IMG/VR virus record: IMGVR_UViG_3300002141_000152
Location: 32,001 to 96,000 of that record
DNA from: a virus
Length of the DNA stretch: 64,000 nt
Direction: 5' to 3' (one strand)
In this document: piece after piece, positions 20,273-30,821 of the stretch
Position numbering within the stretch: the stretch's first letter is position 1
How the letters are laid out: every line of letters begins with the position of its first letter
The notes under the pieces: generated by a model
The model's input: the letters and a program-made list of their open reading frames with translations, nothing else
Told to the model about the DNA's origin: nothing
Database searches by the model: none
Position numbers and translations under genes: made by a program

Positions 20273-21856
20273 TTAGTAAACTAGATTCATCCCATACTTA
20301 AGATTTCCAGAATCATATATTCTAATTAGTCCTAACTCCATAAGCAGGTTATCTGTGCTCTTAGTAGGATCACATGCATATTTAGTAAGTAGTTTCTTTC
20401 TAGTGTAATTAAAACGATGTTCTCGAGTGTCTCCGTTTACATACCAAAAATTAGGAGCAGTCTTCGTTATTTCTTTAAATCCTAGAGTCTTGTATATCTT
20501 TCCAGTGGACCATCTGCGGTCAGCATATGATAATATGTATTTAGGTTTTACTGAATTAATAAAAAATTTTAATAGTTTACTTGCCCCACCGACCACACTT
20601 ATTTCTTTTTTATTACAGAATCTGTACATTTCATATTCGCCAGACTTTGCTCTTGACCCCAAGGATATCCTTAACGCTCCAAATGTCATTACTGAAACTA
20701 ATTCAGTATCAAAAAATAAACCATATCTTTTGCTTGATGGAATATTTCCTTGTATATGATTATTATCTATGAAGTTTTTGGCTACCTCTGAACTTATTTC
20801 TAGGACCACACATTTTCTAGCAAATATTCTACGCTTATTTTTATTAACCAAGTTTAATATTCTAGATAAGACTATTTCTCTTCGGTAAATCCATTCATCT
20901 TCAAATATGTGAATCAACTGAATTCCTAAAGATTCACATGAATTTGTCTTATCTACATGATATTTAGGCTCTTTAAAATTGATAGAGTGCCAATAAAGTC
21001 CATCTAATTCTATTGCTATATTATGTTCAGGTAAATAAAAATCTAATTCAAACGGGCAAAGAACTGTCCTGTCTCGTTCAACAAAAGATATATTATTTGT
21101 CATTAAGAAGTCAGATAGTTCAGTTTGCCATTTAGTAGAATTAAAACTTCCTATTGGATTACATACTGTGCATAATTCGATATTGTGCATATTACGCAGA
21201 TATGCCTGCCACTTGGTTATTTGAAACGTGTGACCACACTTATCTTTTTTAAATGTGCATATTCCAAATTTTTCATATGAATATTCAATAACCTGTAGAT
21301 CTACATATTTTTCTTCAAATGCAGCTTTATTATTTGCCTTCTTTGTTACATCCGCACTTCCTCCATTAGATAATGCCCAGCGCCTACCGGTTTTCTTTAA
21401 TGATCGCGCAATCATCTCATTTTTAATCTTACTTGAGTGCATAGGATTGTCTACTCCGTGCCTTACTAAATTCGTCGCTCTTATCTTCTTAATTATTTCA
21501 GTAGATTGATATGGATTTTCTACTCCATACTTATCTAATGATGCTTGTATTTTTTTATTTTTTACAACAGAATCGCTATTTGAGCATTTTGATGAACAGT
21601 ATGCGCTAAATCCAGTGAGTAGCCCTAAGAAAGTCTTCTTATTGTAACATTTTTCTTTCTTACATGTTACCGTGCCAGTTACATTATTTAGATAATACCA
21701 GACCTTTTCTACAAATCTATTTGTAGAAATATTATTATCTTCAATAAATTTGTTTATCTCAGCATACTTATCTGGTAGATGAGATTCCATCCACGAGCCT
21801 CTCAGTTTCATTGAATTTACTCTTCCGTATTCATTTAAGAAATCACTAAGTATCAT
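20273..21856 (-). CDS. Free-standing homing-endonuclease-like protein (Vsr/PD-(D/E)xK domain, KYGVENP repeats)
   Basis: YCSSKC, KYGVENPYQS, ELDFYLPEHNIAIELDGLYWHS, IHIFEDEW, RIFARKC, SYADRRWS. Confidence 0.8.
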   Translation of the reverse strand: MILSDFLNEYGRVNSMKLRGSWMESHLPDKYAEINKFIEDNNISTNRFVEKVWYYLNNVTGTVTCKKEKCYNKKTFLGLLTGFSAYCSSKCSNSDSVVKNKKIQASLDKYGVENPYQSTEIIKKIRATNLVRHGVDNPMHSSKIKNEMIARSLKKTGRRWALSNGGSADVTKKANNKAAFEEKYVDLQVIEYSYEKFGICTFKKDKCGHTFQITKWQAYLRNMHNIELCTVCNPIGSFNSTKWQTELSDFLMTNNISFVERDRTVLCPFELDFYLPEHNIAIELDGLYWHSINFKEPKYHVDKTNSCESLGIQLIHIFEDEWIYRREIVLSRILNLVNKNKRRIFARKCVVLEISSEVAKNFIDNNHIQGNIPSSKRYGLFFDTELVSVMTFGALRISLGSRAKSGEYEMYRFCNKKEISVVGGASKLLKFFINSVKPKYILSYADRRWSTGKIYKTLGFKEITKTAPNFWYVNGDTREHRFNYTRKKLLTKYACDPTKSTDNLLMELGLIRIYDSGNLKYGMNLVY

Positions 21857-21926
21857 AATCTTTTTCTTTTATTTATATATTACTACGCACCTTACTTTTA
21901 GTTTAAACTTATGTCAAATATTTAGT

Positions 21927-23369
21927 ATGATATTACATATGGAAGATACGACACGCCAAATTAAAAAACTTGATCTTAAGCAAAATGCAATAAAGATCTT
22001 AATCAACAGTATATATGGTGCATTTGGAAATAAGTGGTTCTACTTTTATAATCCGGATATTGCTCAGTCAATTACTCTTCAAGGCCAAGACCTAATTAAA
22101 TTTTCAATTAAGGCAGTAAATCACTATTTTCAAGAAAAGTGGCACTTAGATACTGAATTGCACAAGACTTTAGGTATTGATCAATATGTTATTCACCAGG
22201 TCACAGAAGAGTCTGCAATCTACACAGATACTGACTCAATATATGTTCAATTTGATTCTGCGCTTAGTTCAATAGAGGGCATCACGTTAACTCGAGATGA
22301 ATCATTGAAATTATGTGTCGCAATTGACCATCATCGACTTTCTAACTATTTTGATGTGTGTTTTGAAAAATATGGTCGAGTATTTAATACCAAGAATCGT
22401 CTTAAGTTCAAGCTTGAAAATCTATCTGAGTATGGTATTTGGTTGAAGAAGAAAAACTATGCAATTAAAGTAGCATACGACCCAAATCCAGCAATGGAAC
22501 TAATGACTCATGAAAAGAGATACTTAGTCATAAAGGGATTAGATTCAATTAAAGGTTCATATCCAATCTGGGCAAGAAAAAAACTTGTTGCTCTTACTGA
22601 ATATGTCATGGAGATAGGAAAGACTCTAGATCTTGAACGCGATATTCTTCCTAAACTAAAGAAATTAAAAGAAGAATTTAATGGTCTATCAATAGATGAG
22701 GTTGCTCTAAACTTTAAAATTACAGTATTTGATAAGTATATTGATAATATTGAAACCTGTTCTTTAAGAAAAGGAATATCGATATTTGCAAGATCTGCTG
22801 CATATTATAATCATCTTCTTATTAAGACTGGTTTAAATGTAAAGTATGCTCCGCTCAGAGAAAAGGACAAGATCAAATTTTATCACTGTGCACCAAATGA
22901 ACATAATTTTGATATATTTGCCTACTCTCCTGCAAGTTTTCCAGCAGAGCTTGCCGTACCGATCGACATGAACCATCAGTTCTTTATGTTAATTATTGAA
23001 CCTGTAAATAAGTTACTTGCTGCCATGAAAGTTGGTGCAATAGACATACATCTAAAACGTAGTATCGATGTAATAACCGTAAAGAGTAAAAAACCATTAA
23101 CTGACGATCAGATATATCCTCTTTATGTAGTTGACCAGGAGTCACTAGCATCAGTAGAAGTTCCAGAAAAGTTTTGGAAGATTATTGGTAACCCTGATGC
23201 AGATATTCCAGAAAGCGATTTTGCTGAGTACTTATCGTTAATAACTACCTATGGTCTAAATTCAATAATAGTTCCAAAGTTTGAACTTGAAAAATATCTC
23301 AAGCGTATAACTAAAAAGAAAGCAGTTTCTCTTAGTAAACTCGAAGAGGCTGACGAAACCGAAGATTAA
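21927..23369 (+). CDS. Family-B DNA polymerase, C-terminal subunit (split gp43B-like)
   Basis: Begins at motif B (KILINSIYGAFGN), has motif C YTDTDS and KKNY; no exonuclease domain or motif A. Confidence 0.88.
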   Translation: MILHMEDTTRQIKKLDLKQNAIKILINSIYGAFGNKWFYFYNPDIAQSITLQGQDLIKFSIKAVNHYFQEKWHLDTELHKTLGIDQYVIHQVTEESAIYTDTDSIYVQFDSALSSIEGITLTRDESLKLCVAIDHHRLSNYFDVCFEKYGRVFNTKNRLKFKLENLSEYGIWLKKKNYAIKVAYDPNPAMELMTHEKRYLVIKGLDSIKGSYPIWARKKLVALTEYVMEIGKTLDLERDILPKLKKLKEEFNGLSIDEVALNFKITVFDKYIDNIETCSLRKGISIFARSAAYYNHLLIKTGLNVKYAPLREKDKIKFYHCAPNEHNFDIFAYSPASFPAELAVPIDMNHQFFMLIIEPVNKLLAAMKVGAIDIHLKRSIDVITVKSKKPLTDDQIYPLYVVDQESLASVEVPEKFWKIIGNPDADIPESDFAEYLSLITTYGLNSIIVPKFELEKYLKRITKKKAVSLSKLEEADETED

Positions 23370-24511
23370 TGTTTAACTTGGAAACGGCATATTCGGTAAC
23401 TGACTTCTGCCAAGACGTTCTTAAAAAACGTTTTCCTGGAGACGTGATTCGCCAGCAGATAAATGACACCGACTCTGATAAGCTTAATTTTGCGTGTCCC
23501 TATTGCGGTGACTCAGAACGTGACCCAAATAAAAAACGTGGAAATCTATACCTGTCTACCCAAACATATAAATGCTTCAATGATGGCTGCGCAGTTTGGA
23601 TTAAACTTGAAAAATTTATATCTAATTTTGCACAAAAATATCAACTTGGTGTTCCTGGAGTAAGCACCAAACGACTTGAATATAAACCGGTTACTTCAAC
23701 AAAGAAGCGAGGATTTTTAATTGAATTTCTAATTAATCGAGAAGTTGGTCAAAAACTGCTAGTCTTCAATGACTTAATTCGTCGATTTGCACTTAGTCCA
23801 TGTTCAGGAGCTGATCCTGGAAGTCCAATTGGATTATTTGTTGACAAACGAAAGATTAATCACCTTCCAGTATTTGAACAGAGTTGCTATTATGATTCAC
23901 GAGAAGATAAAATTTATCTTTTTAATCTTGACCTTAAGTCAGGTAGGGTACTTGGCTTTGCCATTCGATACATTGATGATAACTATCCTGGACCAAAATA
24001 TAATATCAAAAATTACACTGATTTTAAGAAGACTGGTCTGCTTAGTGATTTAGAAGACGAGTTCATAACTGAAGTCAATTCAATAAATAACTATTTTAAT
24101 ATCCTAAATATTAATTTCACTCAAATAATTACAATCACTGAGGGACAAATTGATGCAATGTTTGTTCGAAACTGCTTAGCAACAACTGGCGTAACCAAAA
24201 GCAAACAATTGTTGGCCAGCCTAGTAACTAAGAAGAACTCACGAATCTTATTTGATAATGATAAAGCCGGAAAGGAACAAAGTCTTGAATTATTAATGAA
24301 AGGATATACTGTATTCTTATGGTGTAAAATAACGCATGACTTGCGTAAAACATACCCGACCGCTGCTAAAATTATTCGCGATGAGCTCAAAGATATTAAT
24401 GACCTATATCGATTCTTACTTATTCGCGATTCTGCGCTCACATTTGACTCGTTTAATGACTTTCTGGATAAATACTTTTCAAATTCTGCATTCGATCTAA
24501 TGCTTGTTTAA
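23369..24511 (+). CDS. DNA primase (gp61-like)
   Basis: Zn finger CPYCGDS...YKCFNDGC; TOPRIM TEGQIDAMF, FDNDKAG, KDIND. Confidence 0.9.
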   Translation: MFNLETAYSVTDFCQDVLKKRFPGDVIRQQINDTDSDKLNFACPYCGDSERDPNKKRGNLYLSTQTYKCFNDGCAVWIKLEKFISNFAQKYQLGVPGVSTKRLEYKPVTSTKKRGFLIEFLINREVGQKLLVFNDLIRRFALSPCSGADPGSPIGLFVDKRKINHLPVFEQSCYYDSREDKIYLFNLDLKSGRVLGFAIRYIDDNYPGPKYNIKNYTDFKKTGLLSDLEDEFITEVNSINNYFNILNINFTQIITITEGQIDAMFVRNCLATTGVTKSKQLLASLVTKKNSRILFDNDKAGKEQSLELLMKGYTVFLWCKITHDLRKTYPTAAKIIRDELKDINDLYRFLLIRDSALTFDSFNDFLDKYFSNSAFDLMLV

Positions 24512-24537
24512 TAAATAATAAAAATATTAGACAAATC

Positions 24538-24870
24538 ATGAAAAGAATCATGTCACTTAACGAATTTTCAAATTGCAATACAAGTGGCGCGAATCCAGCG
24601 GATGATTCAGTACTTGATGAATTAAATCTTGATGAAACTATGCTTGATGCGTTAGTTGAACTTGTTGGTTCTGAAGAAGAAGTTGCAGAAGCTGCAGAAG
24701 CATCATTTAATGACTTAACCAATTCTTTTGAAAAGAATGAGCTTGAAATGACAGAAGAAGATGTTCCTGAAAAACTTGCAATCGCCGCACTAATCGTTAA
24801 ATTAGTTGAACTTGGTAAAATTGGTCCAGAAGAAGCAGATCAGTTTATTTCAGATCACTTAGAAGATTAA
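24538..24870 (+). CDS. Acidic protein with CTS-like leader
   Basis: MKRIMSLNEF; ATAAATAA at 24511-24518; terminator downstream. Confidence 0.65.
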   Translation: MKRIMSLNEFSNCNTSGANPADDSVLDELNLDETMLDALVELVGSEEEVAEAAEASFNDLTNSFEKNELEMTEEDVPEKLAIAALIVKLVELGKIGPEEADQFISDHLED

Positions 24871-24903
24871 GTGTTATTTTCTCTTGCCACTGGGTATAGA
24901 GCC

Positions 24904-24930
24904 AAAAGGAGCCAACTCAGCTCCTTTTTT
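24904..24930 (+). terminator. Intrinsic terminator
   Basis: AAAAGGAGC-loop-GCTCCTTTTTT. Confidence 0.7.
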
Positions 24931-24945
24931 AATATATAATAATAT

Positions 24946-25449
24946 ATGGCAAAAACGGAAAGAGACATACACGACTTTTTAAAACCTCAGAATGGTCGAG
25001 TCAAGCAAGGGTATTTTACTCCGCGCAACCCACACAAATATAGAGGAGATCTCAGTAAAATAATATATCGTTCAAGTTGGGAACTTAAATTCTTAAGCTA
25101 TTGTGATCAGAACGACGCAGTAATTGAATATGCATCAGAACCAGTAGGCATAAAATATGCGAATCCAATTCTAAAGAAGGAAAGTACTTACTGGATTGAC
25201 TGCTATATGAAAACTAAGAATCATGACGGGTCTTTTACTAAGTGGTTAATAGAAGTCAAACCAAACAAGTATTTGACTCCACCGGAACCCCCAAAGCGAC
25301 TTACTGAGAAACAGACACTAAACTATGCTCGTCATGCAAAAGCATATATTATCAATAATGCAAAGTTCGCAGCTGCTAGACTCTATGCAGGTAAAAACGC
25401 AATGCGCTTCGGGATAATAACCGAAAACTTTTTATTCAATAAGGTGTAA
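24946..25449 (+). CDS. Head completion nuclease (T4 gp4/TnsA-like)
   Basis: QGYFTPRNPHKYRGD..IIYRSSWE, ASEP, YWID, IEVKP, IITE. Confidence 0.9.
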   Translation: MAKTERDIHDFLKPQNGRVKQGYFTPRNPHKYRGDLSKIIYRSSWELKFLSYCDQNDAVIEYASEPVGIKYANPILKKESTYWIDCYMKTKNHDGSFTKWLIEVKPNKYLTPPEPPKRLTEKQTLNYARHAKAYIINNAKFAAARLYAGKNAMRFGIITENFLFNKV

Positions 25450-25469
25450 AATATCTAAAGTTTAGCAGT

Positions 25470-26087
25470 TTGAAGAAATTTGAAGAAATAGAGAAAAATA
25501 ATGGTCAATTTGATCTAACTCAAGTTGCAGAAACTTTTGGAGTCATTCAGCGTCGTAACCAATTTATACCTGGTAGATTTTATTCTCTTAATATTGTCAG
25601 TAATGTTCCTAACTTAACAGAAGAAATAGTTCCTCAGCTTTCTAGCGGCAAACCATACTATGATTTACGTCCATGTGGATTAGTTCTATTCCATGATAAT
25701 TGGAAAGAAACTACGCTTATTCTTAATTTAAGAACAATGCCAATTCCAGTTAGTGCAAAACTGTTAGAGGCATACTATGAATTTTCTGCAAAGAACGGAT
25801 TTCAGAACTTGTATCGAGATGGTAAACTTATGCCATTGACTGACCGACAATTAATAGATCAGCGCTTCTATTTAGTGAACACGACTATTCTGAGCCAGAC
25901 TATTGGTTTTTCTAACTTAAACTATTCAATAAATAAATATAATATAGATGATATCGCAGAAGCTCGATTAATAGATTGGGATAATTTTGGAATGATGGTT
26001 CGACCTAGGTTTTCCCAGGTCGGGCTTTTCCCAGATAACCTTAGCATGGAACGAGTTTTCGAAGAGTTTATAGCAAATTCAATATAA
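25470..26087 (+). CDS. DNA end protector (T4 gp2-like)
   Basis: PGRFY...PYYD..P...LNL..P pattern; follows gp4. Confidence 0.55.
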   Translation: MKKFEEIEKNNGQFDLTQVAETFGVIQRRNQFIPGRFYSLNIVSNVPNLTEEIVPQLSSGKPYYDLRPCGLVLFHDNWKETTLILNLRTMPIPVSAKLLEAYYEFSAKNGFQNLYRDGKLMPLTDRQLIDQRFYLVNTTILSQTIGFSNLNYSINKYNIDDIAEARLIDWDNFGMMVRPRFSQVGLFPDNLSMERVFEEFIANSI

Positions 26088-26100
26088 TAATTAATAACAT

Positions 26101-27807
26101 ATGAGTGGATTTTTAGACACACCAAGAGGGCGATCTAGTGGTAAATTAGCTGGACTAAGTAAATTCGGTACAAAATACGAAGACTTACTTCTTAAAAACT
26201 CGCAAGCAATTGGTTTCATTGAGAGCCAAATTGCATCTCGATCAACTCGACTAGGTCCTGGTGATGATTTACTTAAATTCTCAATGGCAATTGCCGATAC
26301 TACTTCACAGCTTCGATCAAAGGCAATTGCCTTCTTTCAGTTGGATTACGTAGTAAAACGTGAACGTCTTCGTGATGTTGCATCAAATGGTGAAATAGAA
26401 TTTATCCTTGAAACAATCGTAGATGATATGATTGTAAACGATGATGAAAATCGTTTTTGTTATGCGACTGACTTAACTGGAAAAATCATGTATCGTGGAT
26501 CTACTAAAGAGGAACGACTTAATTTCCAAGAGAAAGTAGTAAAGAGACACGTTGATAATTTCGACAAGATGTATAATGCTTGGGGATTTAGTGGCGGTAT
26601 TTCTGCATGGCAGTATGCATTCCAATTCCTAGTAGAAGGTCACCTGTGTTTTGAAATCATATATAACGATTTACAGAAACCAACTGAAATTATTGGTTTT
26701 AAAGAACTTGACCCTGCAAGTATTGCACCACAGTTACAAAAAGATGCAAAAGGCAAGCTTTTCTTACAGTGGTTACAATATGACCAATCAAATGGAGGAA
26801 CTAGAGTATTAAATGACTCGCAAGTCATCTATATTTCATATGCAAATCACTTTAGAACAAAACGTGTTTCATTTGTTGAACGGCTGATTCGGTCGTTTAA
26901 CTTACTTCGGGTTATTGAACATAGTAAAGTTATTTGGCACGTAATGAATGCGCCAATTCGTTTGACTACAACTGTTCCAGTAGGTTCTAAGAGTTTACAA
27001 AAGAGTCAAGAAGACGTTCGTGAATTTATGAACTTATTAAAAGAAGATATAGGATTTAATGGAGATACTGGTGAATTAACAGTTGATGGTAAACCAAATA
27101 TTTTATTTTATAAGAATTATGTTCTACCTCAAAATGATCAAAATCAATCTGTAAAAATAGAACCGCTACAGATGCCTGGACCAAACTTGTCTGGTTCTGA
27201 ATTACTAAATTACTTCTATAAGAAATTAAAAATGGATTCGAAAATCCCATATTCTCGTTGGGAAGGTCAAAGTGGCATGGGAGCATTTACGCTTAATTCC
27301 GAAGGTATTAGTCGTGAGGAAATTCGTTACCAAAAATTTATTAAACGATTACGTTCTGCATTCTCAGAATTGATGATTAAACCGTGGTACTTACAAATGT
27401 GTTTAGATTTTCCCGAATTAGCTGATGACCATAAATTCGTAAATGCAATCGGTATTACTTATCATAATGATAATGTATTTGAAGAAATTAAAGAAAATGA
27501 AATTGAAGCGAAACGTATAGCATCGTTTACTGCTAAGAAAGGAATCACTAAAGATGACGGAACACCATTCTTCTCAACTGAGTACTTGATTCGTAAAGAA
27601 CTTAAAATGACTGAATCTGAAATTGAAGCAAATCAACAGTGGTTTGATTCAAAAGAGGAAGATGAACCAGATGCAGTTGCTGGTCCAGCAGGCGGTGGAG
27701 CAGCAGGCGGTGGAGGAGCAGCAGGCGGAGCAGCCGCAAGTGCTCCAGCAGAAGGTGGTTCTGAAACGATTGAAGGTGGAGAAACAAAAGGCACAGGTCA
27801 ACTCTAA
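26101..27807 (+). CDS. Portal protein (T4 gp20-like)
   Basis: EIEFILETIVDD, LRVIEHSKVIW...AP, YFYKKL...KIPYSR, ISREEIRYQKFIKRLR. Confidence 0.88.
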   Translation: MSGFLDTPRGRSSGKLAGLSKFGTKYEDLLLKNSQAIGFIESQIASRSTRLGPGDDLLKFSMAIADTTSQLRSKAIAFFQLDYVVKRERLRDVASNGEIEFILETIVDDMIVNDDENRFCYATDLTGKIMYRGSTKEERLNFQEKVVKRHVDNFDKMYNAWGFSGGISAWQYAFQFLVEGHLCFEIIYNDLQKPTEIIGFKELDPASIAPQLQKDAKGKLFLQWLQYDQSNGGTRVLNDSQVIYISYANHFRTKRVSFVERLIRSFNLLRVIEHSKVIWHVMNAPIRLTTTVPVGSKSLQKSQEDVREFMNLLKEDIGFNGDTGELTVDGKPNILFYKNYVLPQNDQNQSVKIEPLQMPGPNLSGSELLNYFYKKLKMDSKIPYSRWEGQSGMGAFTLNSEGISREEIRYQKFIKRLRSAFSELMIKPWYLQMCLDFPELADDHKFVNAIGITYHNDNVFEEIKENEIEAKRIASFTAKKGITKDDGTPFFSTEYLIRKELKMTESEIEANQQWFDSKEEDEPDAVAGPAGGGAAGGGGAAGGAAASAPAEGGSETIEGGETKGTGQL

Positions 27808-27838
27808 ATAACCGATTTACTTACTCTTATTAAACAGC

Positions 27839-27864
27839 AAAATCCCCAATTGGGGATTTTTTTT
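27839..27864. terminator. Bidirectional intrinsic terminator
   Basis: AAAATCCCC-AATT-GGGGATTTTTTTT between convergent genes. Confidence 0.75.
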
Positions 27865-27866
27865 GT

Positions 27867-28244
27867 TTAATCGTAGAAGATTGAGAGTGGATTTTTAAGC
27901 TCCGGTACATCTATAAGTAGGACAAATATTTCACGGCCGGCTCGATCATCTGAATAGGATGCTGGACGAACTCCAATATTTCTTTTTCTAGCTTCGCCAA
28001 CATACTTGTTAATTTGTCCGCCTGCTTCTTTAGTAAGAGCAAACGGATCAATTGTAAATTCAAATAGGTACTTTTCGACATCGAGTCCAAAATCAGGTTC
28101 TCCAAGAACTTCTCCTTTTTTAGTGAATAGAGTCATCTTAATCTGCTGTAGAGCAGACTCAAGGTCCTCGTGCACTTCGAGTTGTTCTGGTCGATATGCT
28201 GGGTCAGTTTCAGGTCTAAGATAAAAATCTCTAAGTTGCGACAT
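27867..28244 (-). CDS. Baseplate wedge gp25-like protein
   Basis: LFTKKGEVLGEPDFGLDVEKYLFE. Confidence 0.85.
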   Translation of the reverse strand: MSQLRDFYLRPETDPAYRPEQLEVHEDLESALQQIKMTLFTKKGEVLGEPDFGLDVEKYLFEFTIDPFALTKEAGGQINKYVGEARKRNIGVRPASYSDDRAGREIFVLLIDVPELKNPLSIFYD

Positions 28245-28246
28245 AG

Positions 28247-29242
28247 TTAATATATTTTCAAAGAATATTTAAGTCCTTTTTTAAGAACTGCTTCTTTTTT
28301 ATTATTTATTTGAGTGTCCTTTTTTACAGTGTATGTTGACTTTACTTCAATTACTCTATTTTCAGAAATAATGTAGATATCTGGATAATATCTGTGAGTC
28401 TTTCCATTTACATCATACAATATACTTCCAATCTGCTCGGATATTTCAACGTTCCCGACAACTATATCTTCTTCTTTATATTCGTTTAACAAAAGTTCAT
28501 CTATACCTTTCCACTCGTAACCTTGAACATGAACTATCTTACCTGATGGAAAAATGTAAGGTTTACGTTTATACATTCTACTTTCAAATACTTTTTCATT
28601 TTGCATTGGATGAGGTACTCCATATTTTTCTATAGATGAAGATATTGCAGCATCCTTAAATTTTTTGGTTTTACAGAATGAATTTACTCCATATTTTTCA
28701 ATACATGTCTTTCTTCTTTTTTCATTTATCTTTTCTTTATTTTTAGAAAGTGATGCACGCACTGCATCAATTAAATTAACCGATTGTGTATTCCATTTAA
28801 CTCCTCTTCTTTCCAAGTTAGTCGCTTGAACTTTTTCTCTCCATTCTGGCGTTTGTGATATATTTTTTACTCCATGCTTCTTCATTACTCCATCCTCAGT
28901 CTTAATCAAATTATGCTTTTTCTTACACTCAATACTTGAACACGTAGTTATGTAGTGTCCTTGTAATTTAGGATTAATATGTGAACTTACGATTCTAGCG
29001 TTCCGTTCCTTAACTGATCTAGGTTTTCCACAATATCCACATGTTAAAACATAATCTATTTGATTTATATAATGATATAACCGCTGATTTGTCGTAATTT
29101 CAGAATAATATTCATCTAAAAATGAAGTTGCTTCCAATAATTCATCCAACATTCCGTCTTTATTTTTCTTCAGCATTAATATTGCAGAAGTAGGTCTACT
29201 TGGATTAAATTGGGTTTTTAAATATTGCGATAGATGTGACAT
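28247..29242 (-). CDS. Free-standing PD-(D/E)xK endonuclease with KYGV repeats
   Basis: CGYCG; K(H/Y)GV repeats; YYPDIYIISENRVIEVKS. Confidence 0.75.
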   Translation of the reverse strand: MSHLSQYLKTQFNPSRPTSAILMLKKNKDGMLDELLEATSFLDEYYSEITTNQRLYHYINQIDYVLTCGYCGKPRSVKERNARIVSSHINPKLQGHYITTCSSIECKKKHNLIKTEDGVMKKHGVKNISQTPEWREKVQATNLERRGVKWNTQSVNLIDAVRASLSKNKEKINEKRRKTCIEKYGVNSFCKTKKFKDAAISSSIEKYGVPHPMQNEKVFESRMYKRKPYIFPSGKIVHVQGYEWKGIDELLLNEYKEEDIVVGNVEISEQIGSILYDVNGKTHRYYPDIYIISENRVIEVKSTYTVKKDTQINNKKEAVLKKGLKYSLKIY

Positions 29243-29300
29243 ATATTTGTCTTTTAATTATATATCTCAATACACTGTTAGAAAATACACCAGAGTGTAA

Positions 29301-30035
29301 TTATTGATGAACTAACAGCATCCAATCGGGAGTGTTTTCTCCCTTCATCATTGCTTTAACCTCTTCCATCTCCTTTTCAGCAGTAGTTGTGATATTCTGA
29401 TAATTTACAGTAACGTCTCCAGGCAAAGTATAATTGAATGTTTGTAACATATGCGCAAGTCTTACTTTTGAGTGAGCACGAACATATCTTTGAAACACCT
29501 CATCCTCATATAATTTATCTGGTTCAAGTTTTTTATAAACTCGAAGAACTGCATTAGCCGGTGGAGTTCTACCTAAAACTCCAAGCATTTTAGTGTTCTT
29601 ATTATAATCATATGCAATAGAGTCAATCATAAAACTTTTAGTAAGATCTAAGAATGAGAAAAGAACAGTACGATATACTAAACTTTCTCCAACAAATGGA
29701 GTCAAGTAGATTTCAGATCCAATAAATTTTTGTTCACCAAAATCTCGATCAATTGTTCCAAACATTGAAACTCCGCGTGCTTCTTTAAAATCAACTACAA
29801 ATTGTACACAGTCTGGTAACTGAATCTGTCTAAACTTTTTGAATGTTGCATTTTTAAACAGCTCAAGAGGTAATAATAAGTATCTGCTCTCTACTGCATG
29901 TCTCCAATTATCCCAAAAATATCGACAGTCATTTTCGATGATACGCTTAATCTCTTTTTCTGGAAGAGAATATGGTAATGCACCAGAGAAGGTGATTTCA
30001 TTATTAATATCTTCTATAAGTTCTTTTTCGCTCAT
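29301..30035 (-). CDS. Neck protein (gp13-like)
   Basis: RYVRAHSK...TLPGDVTVNY...AEKEME resembles the gp13 C-terminus; start taken at MSEKEL. Confidence 0.7.
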   Translation of the reverse strand: MSEKELIEDINNEITFSGALPYSLPEKEIKRIIENDCRYFWDNWRHAVESRYLLLPLELFKNATFKKFRQIQLPDCVQFVVDFKEARGVSMFGTIDRDFGEQKFIGSEIYLTPFVGESLVYRTVLFSFLDLTKSFMIDSIAYDYNKNTKMLGVLGRTPPANAVLRVYKKLEPDKLYEDEVFQRYVRAHSKVRLAHMLQTFNYTLPGDVTVNYQNITTTAEKEMEEVKAMMKGENTPDWMLLVHQ

Positions 30036-30042
30036 CGTTAGT

Positions 30043-30489
30043 TTATTGATTTGATCCCGGCCCGCCACCTGAGCCATCGTCACTGAATCTAACACTAGAT
30101 TTATCAACATCGACTGTAAAGCCTTTGTCTCCTAGCATTCTACCCATTGCCCGCTGGTTCTTTTTTGCAATAACTGCATCCTGTTTACCTGCACGTTCCA
30201 TTGATTTATGCATCATCTGGCCAAGTGCTTTTTGTTTTAATTTCTTTTTCCAGTCACTATGAAAAATAAGATTCATAGCTCTGGTAATATCGATATCCTC
30301 AATGGTTCCAGTATATCTACCAGGATTTCGAGCAGCTTTTTCATTTGCAAGTTCCTGTGCGATTGCCATTACTGAAGTATAGACTCCAGCTAGAGCGCTT
30401 TGTACCATGCCAGTAAAGTTAGTCGGGTAAACGACTTCTTTTGTTGCCTCATTAATGAATTCCTGGTATGATTTTAATCTATTTTCCAT
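30043..30489 (-). CDS. Putative internal head protein
   Basis: Leader LKSYQEFINE closely matches T4 CTS MKTYQEFIAE. Confidence 0.65.
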   Translation of the reverse strand: MENRLKSYQEFINEATKEVVYPTNFTGMVQSALAGVYTSVMAIAQELANEKAARNPGRYTGTIEDIDITRAMNLIFHSDWKKKLKQKALGQMMHKSMERAGKQDAVIAKKNQRAMGRMLGDKGFTVDVDKSSVRFSDDGSGGGPGSNQ

Positions 30490-30821
30490 TATGCTGTAGT
30501 GACAGGCGCAGCAGCTTTTGCAGCTTCTGCTTTTTGTTGTTCTTCTTGCTGTTTGGTAGAAGCGGCAGCATCATATGCAGTCTGTAACTTATTAAGTTCA
30601 TCCTGTTTCATAACTGTCTGCTTTTGTAAAGTCAATAATTCATTCTTCTTTAGTTGAAGAGCATCATATTGAGTTCTTAGTGCTGGATCATTTGGAATAG
30701 GGTCAGTTGCACCTTCTTCTTGGACCATTTGTGGATTTGCGCCAATCTTTAATTCAGGAGCAGCCTCTTTTTCTGCGGTTTTCATGAACTTCTTAAAACT
30801 TGAAACATATGATGCTGCCAT
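30489..30821 (-). CDS. Coiled-coil putative head protein with CTS-like leader
   Basis: YVSSFKKFMK; late motif upstream. Confidence 0.6.
   Translation of the reverse strand: MAASYVSSFKKFMKTAEKEAAPELKIGANPQMVQEEGATDPIPNDPALRTQYDALQLKKNELLTLQKQTVMKQDELNKLQTAYDAAASTKQQEEQQKAEAAKAAAPVTTA

Noticed and set aside
20273-21926. Group I intron or intein splitting the DNA polymerase
   Set aside because: The endonuclease is antisense, no upstream polymerase exon is present, and no intron core or intein motifs were seen.
27685-27745. GC-rich GGCGGTGGAGCAGCA repeats
   Set aside because: Explained by the Gly/Ala low-complexity tail of the portal protein.
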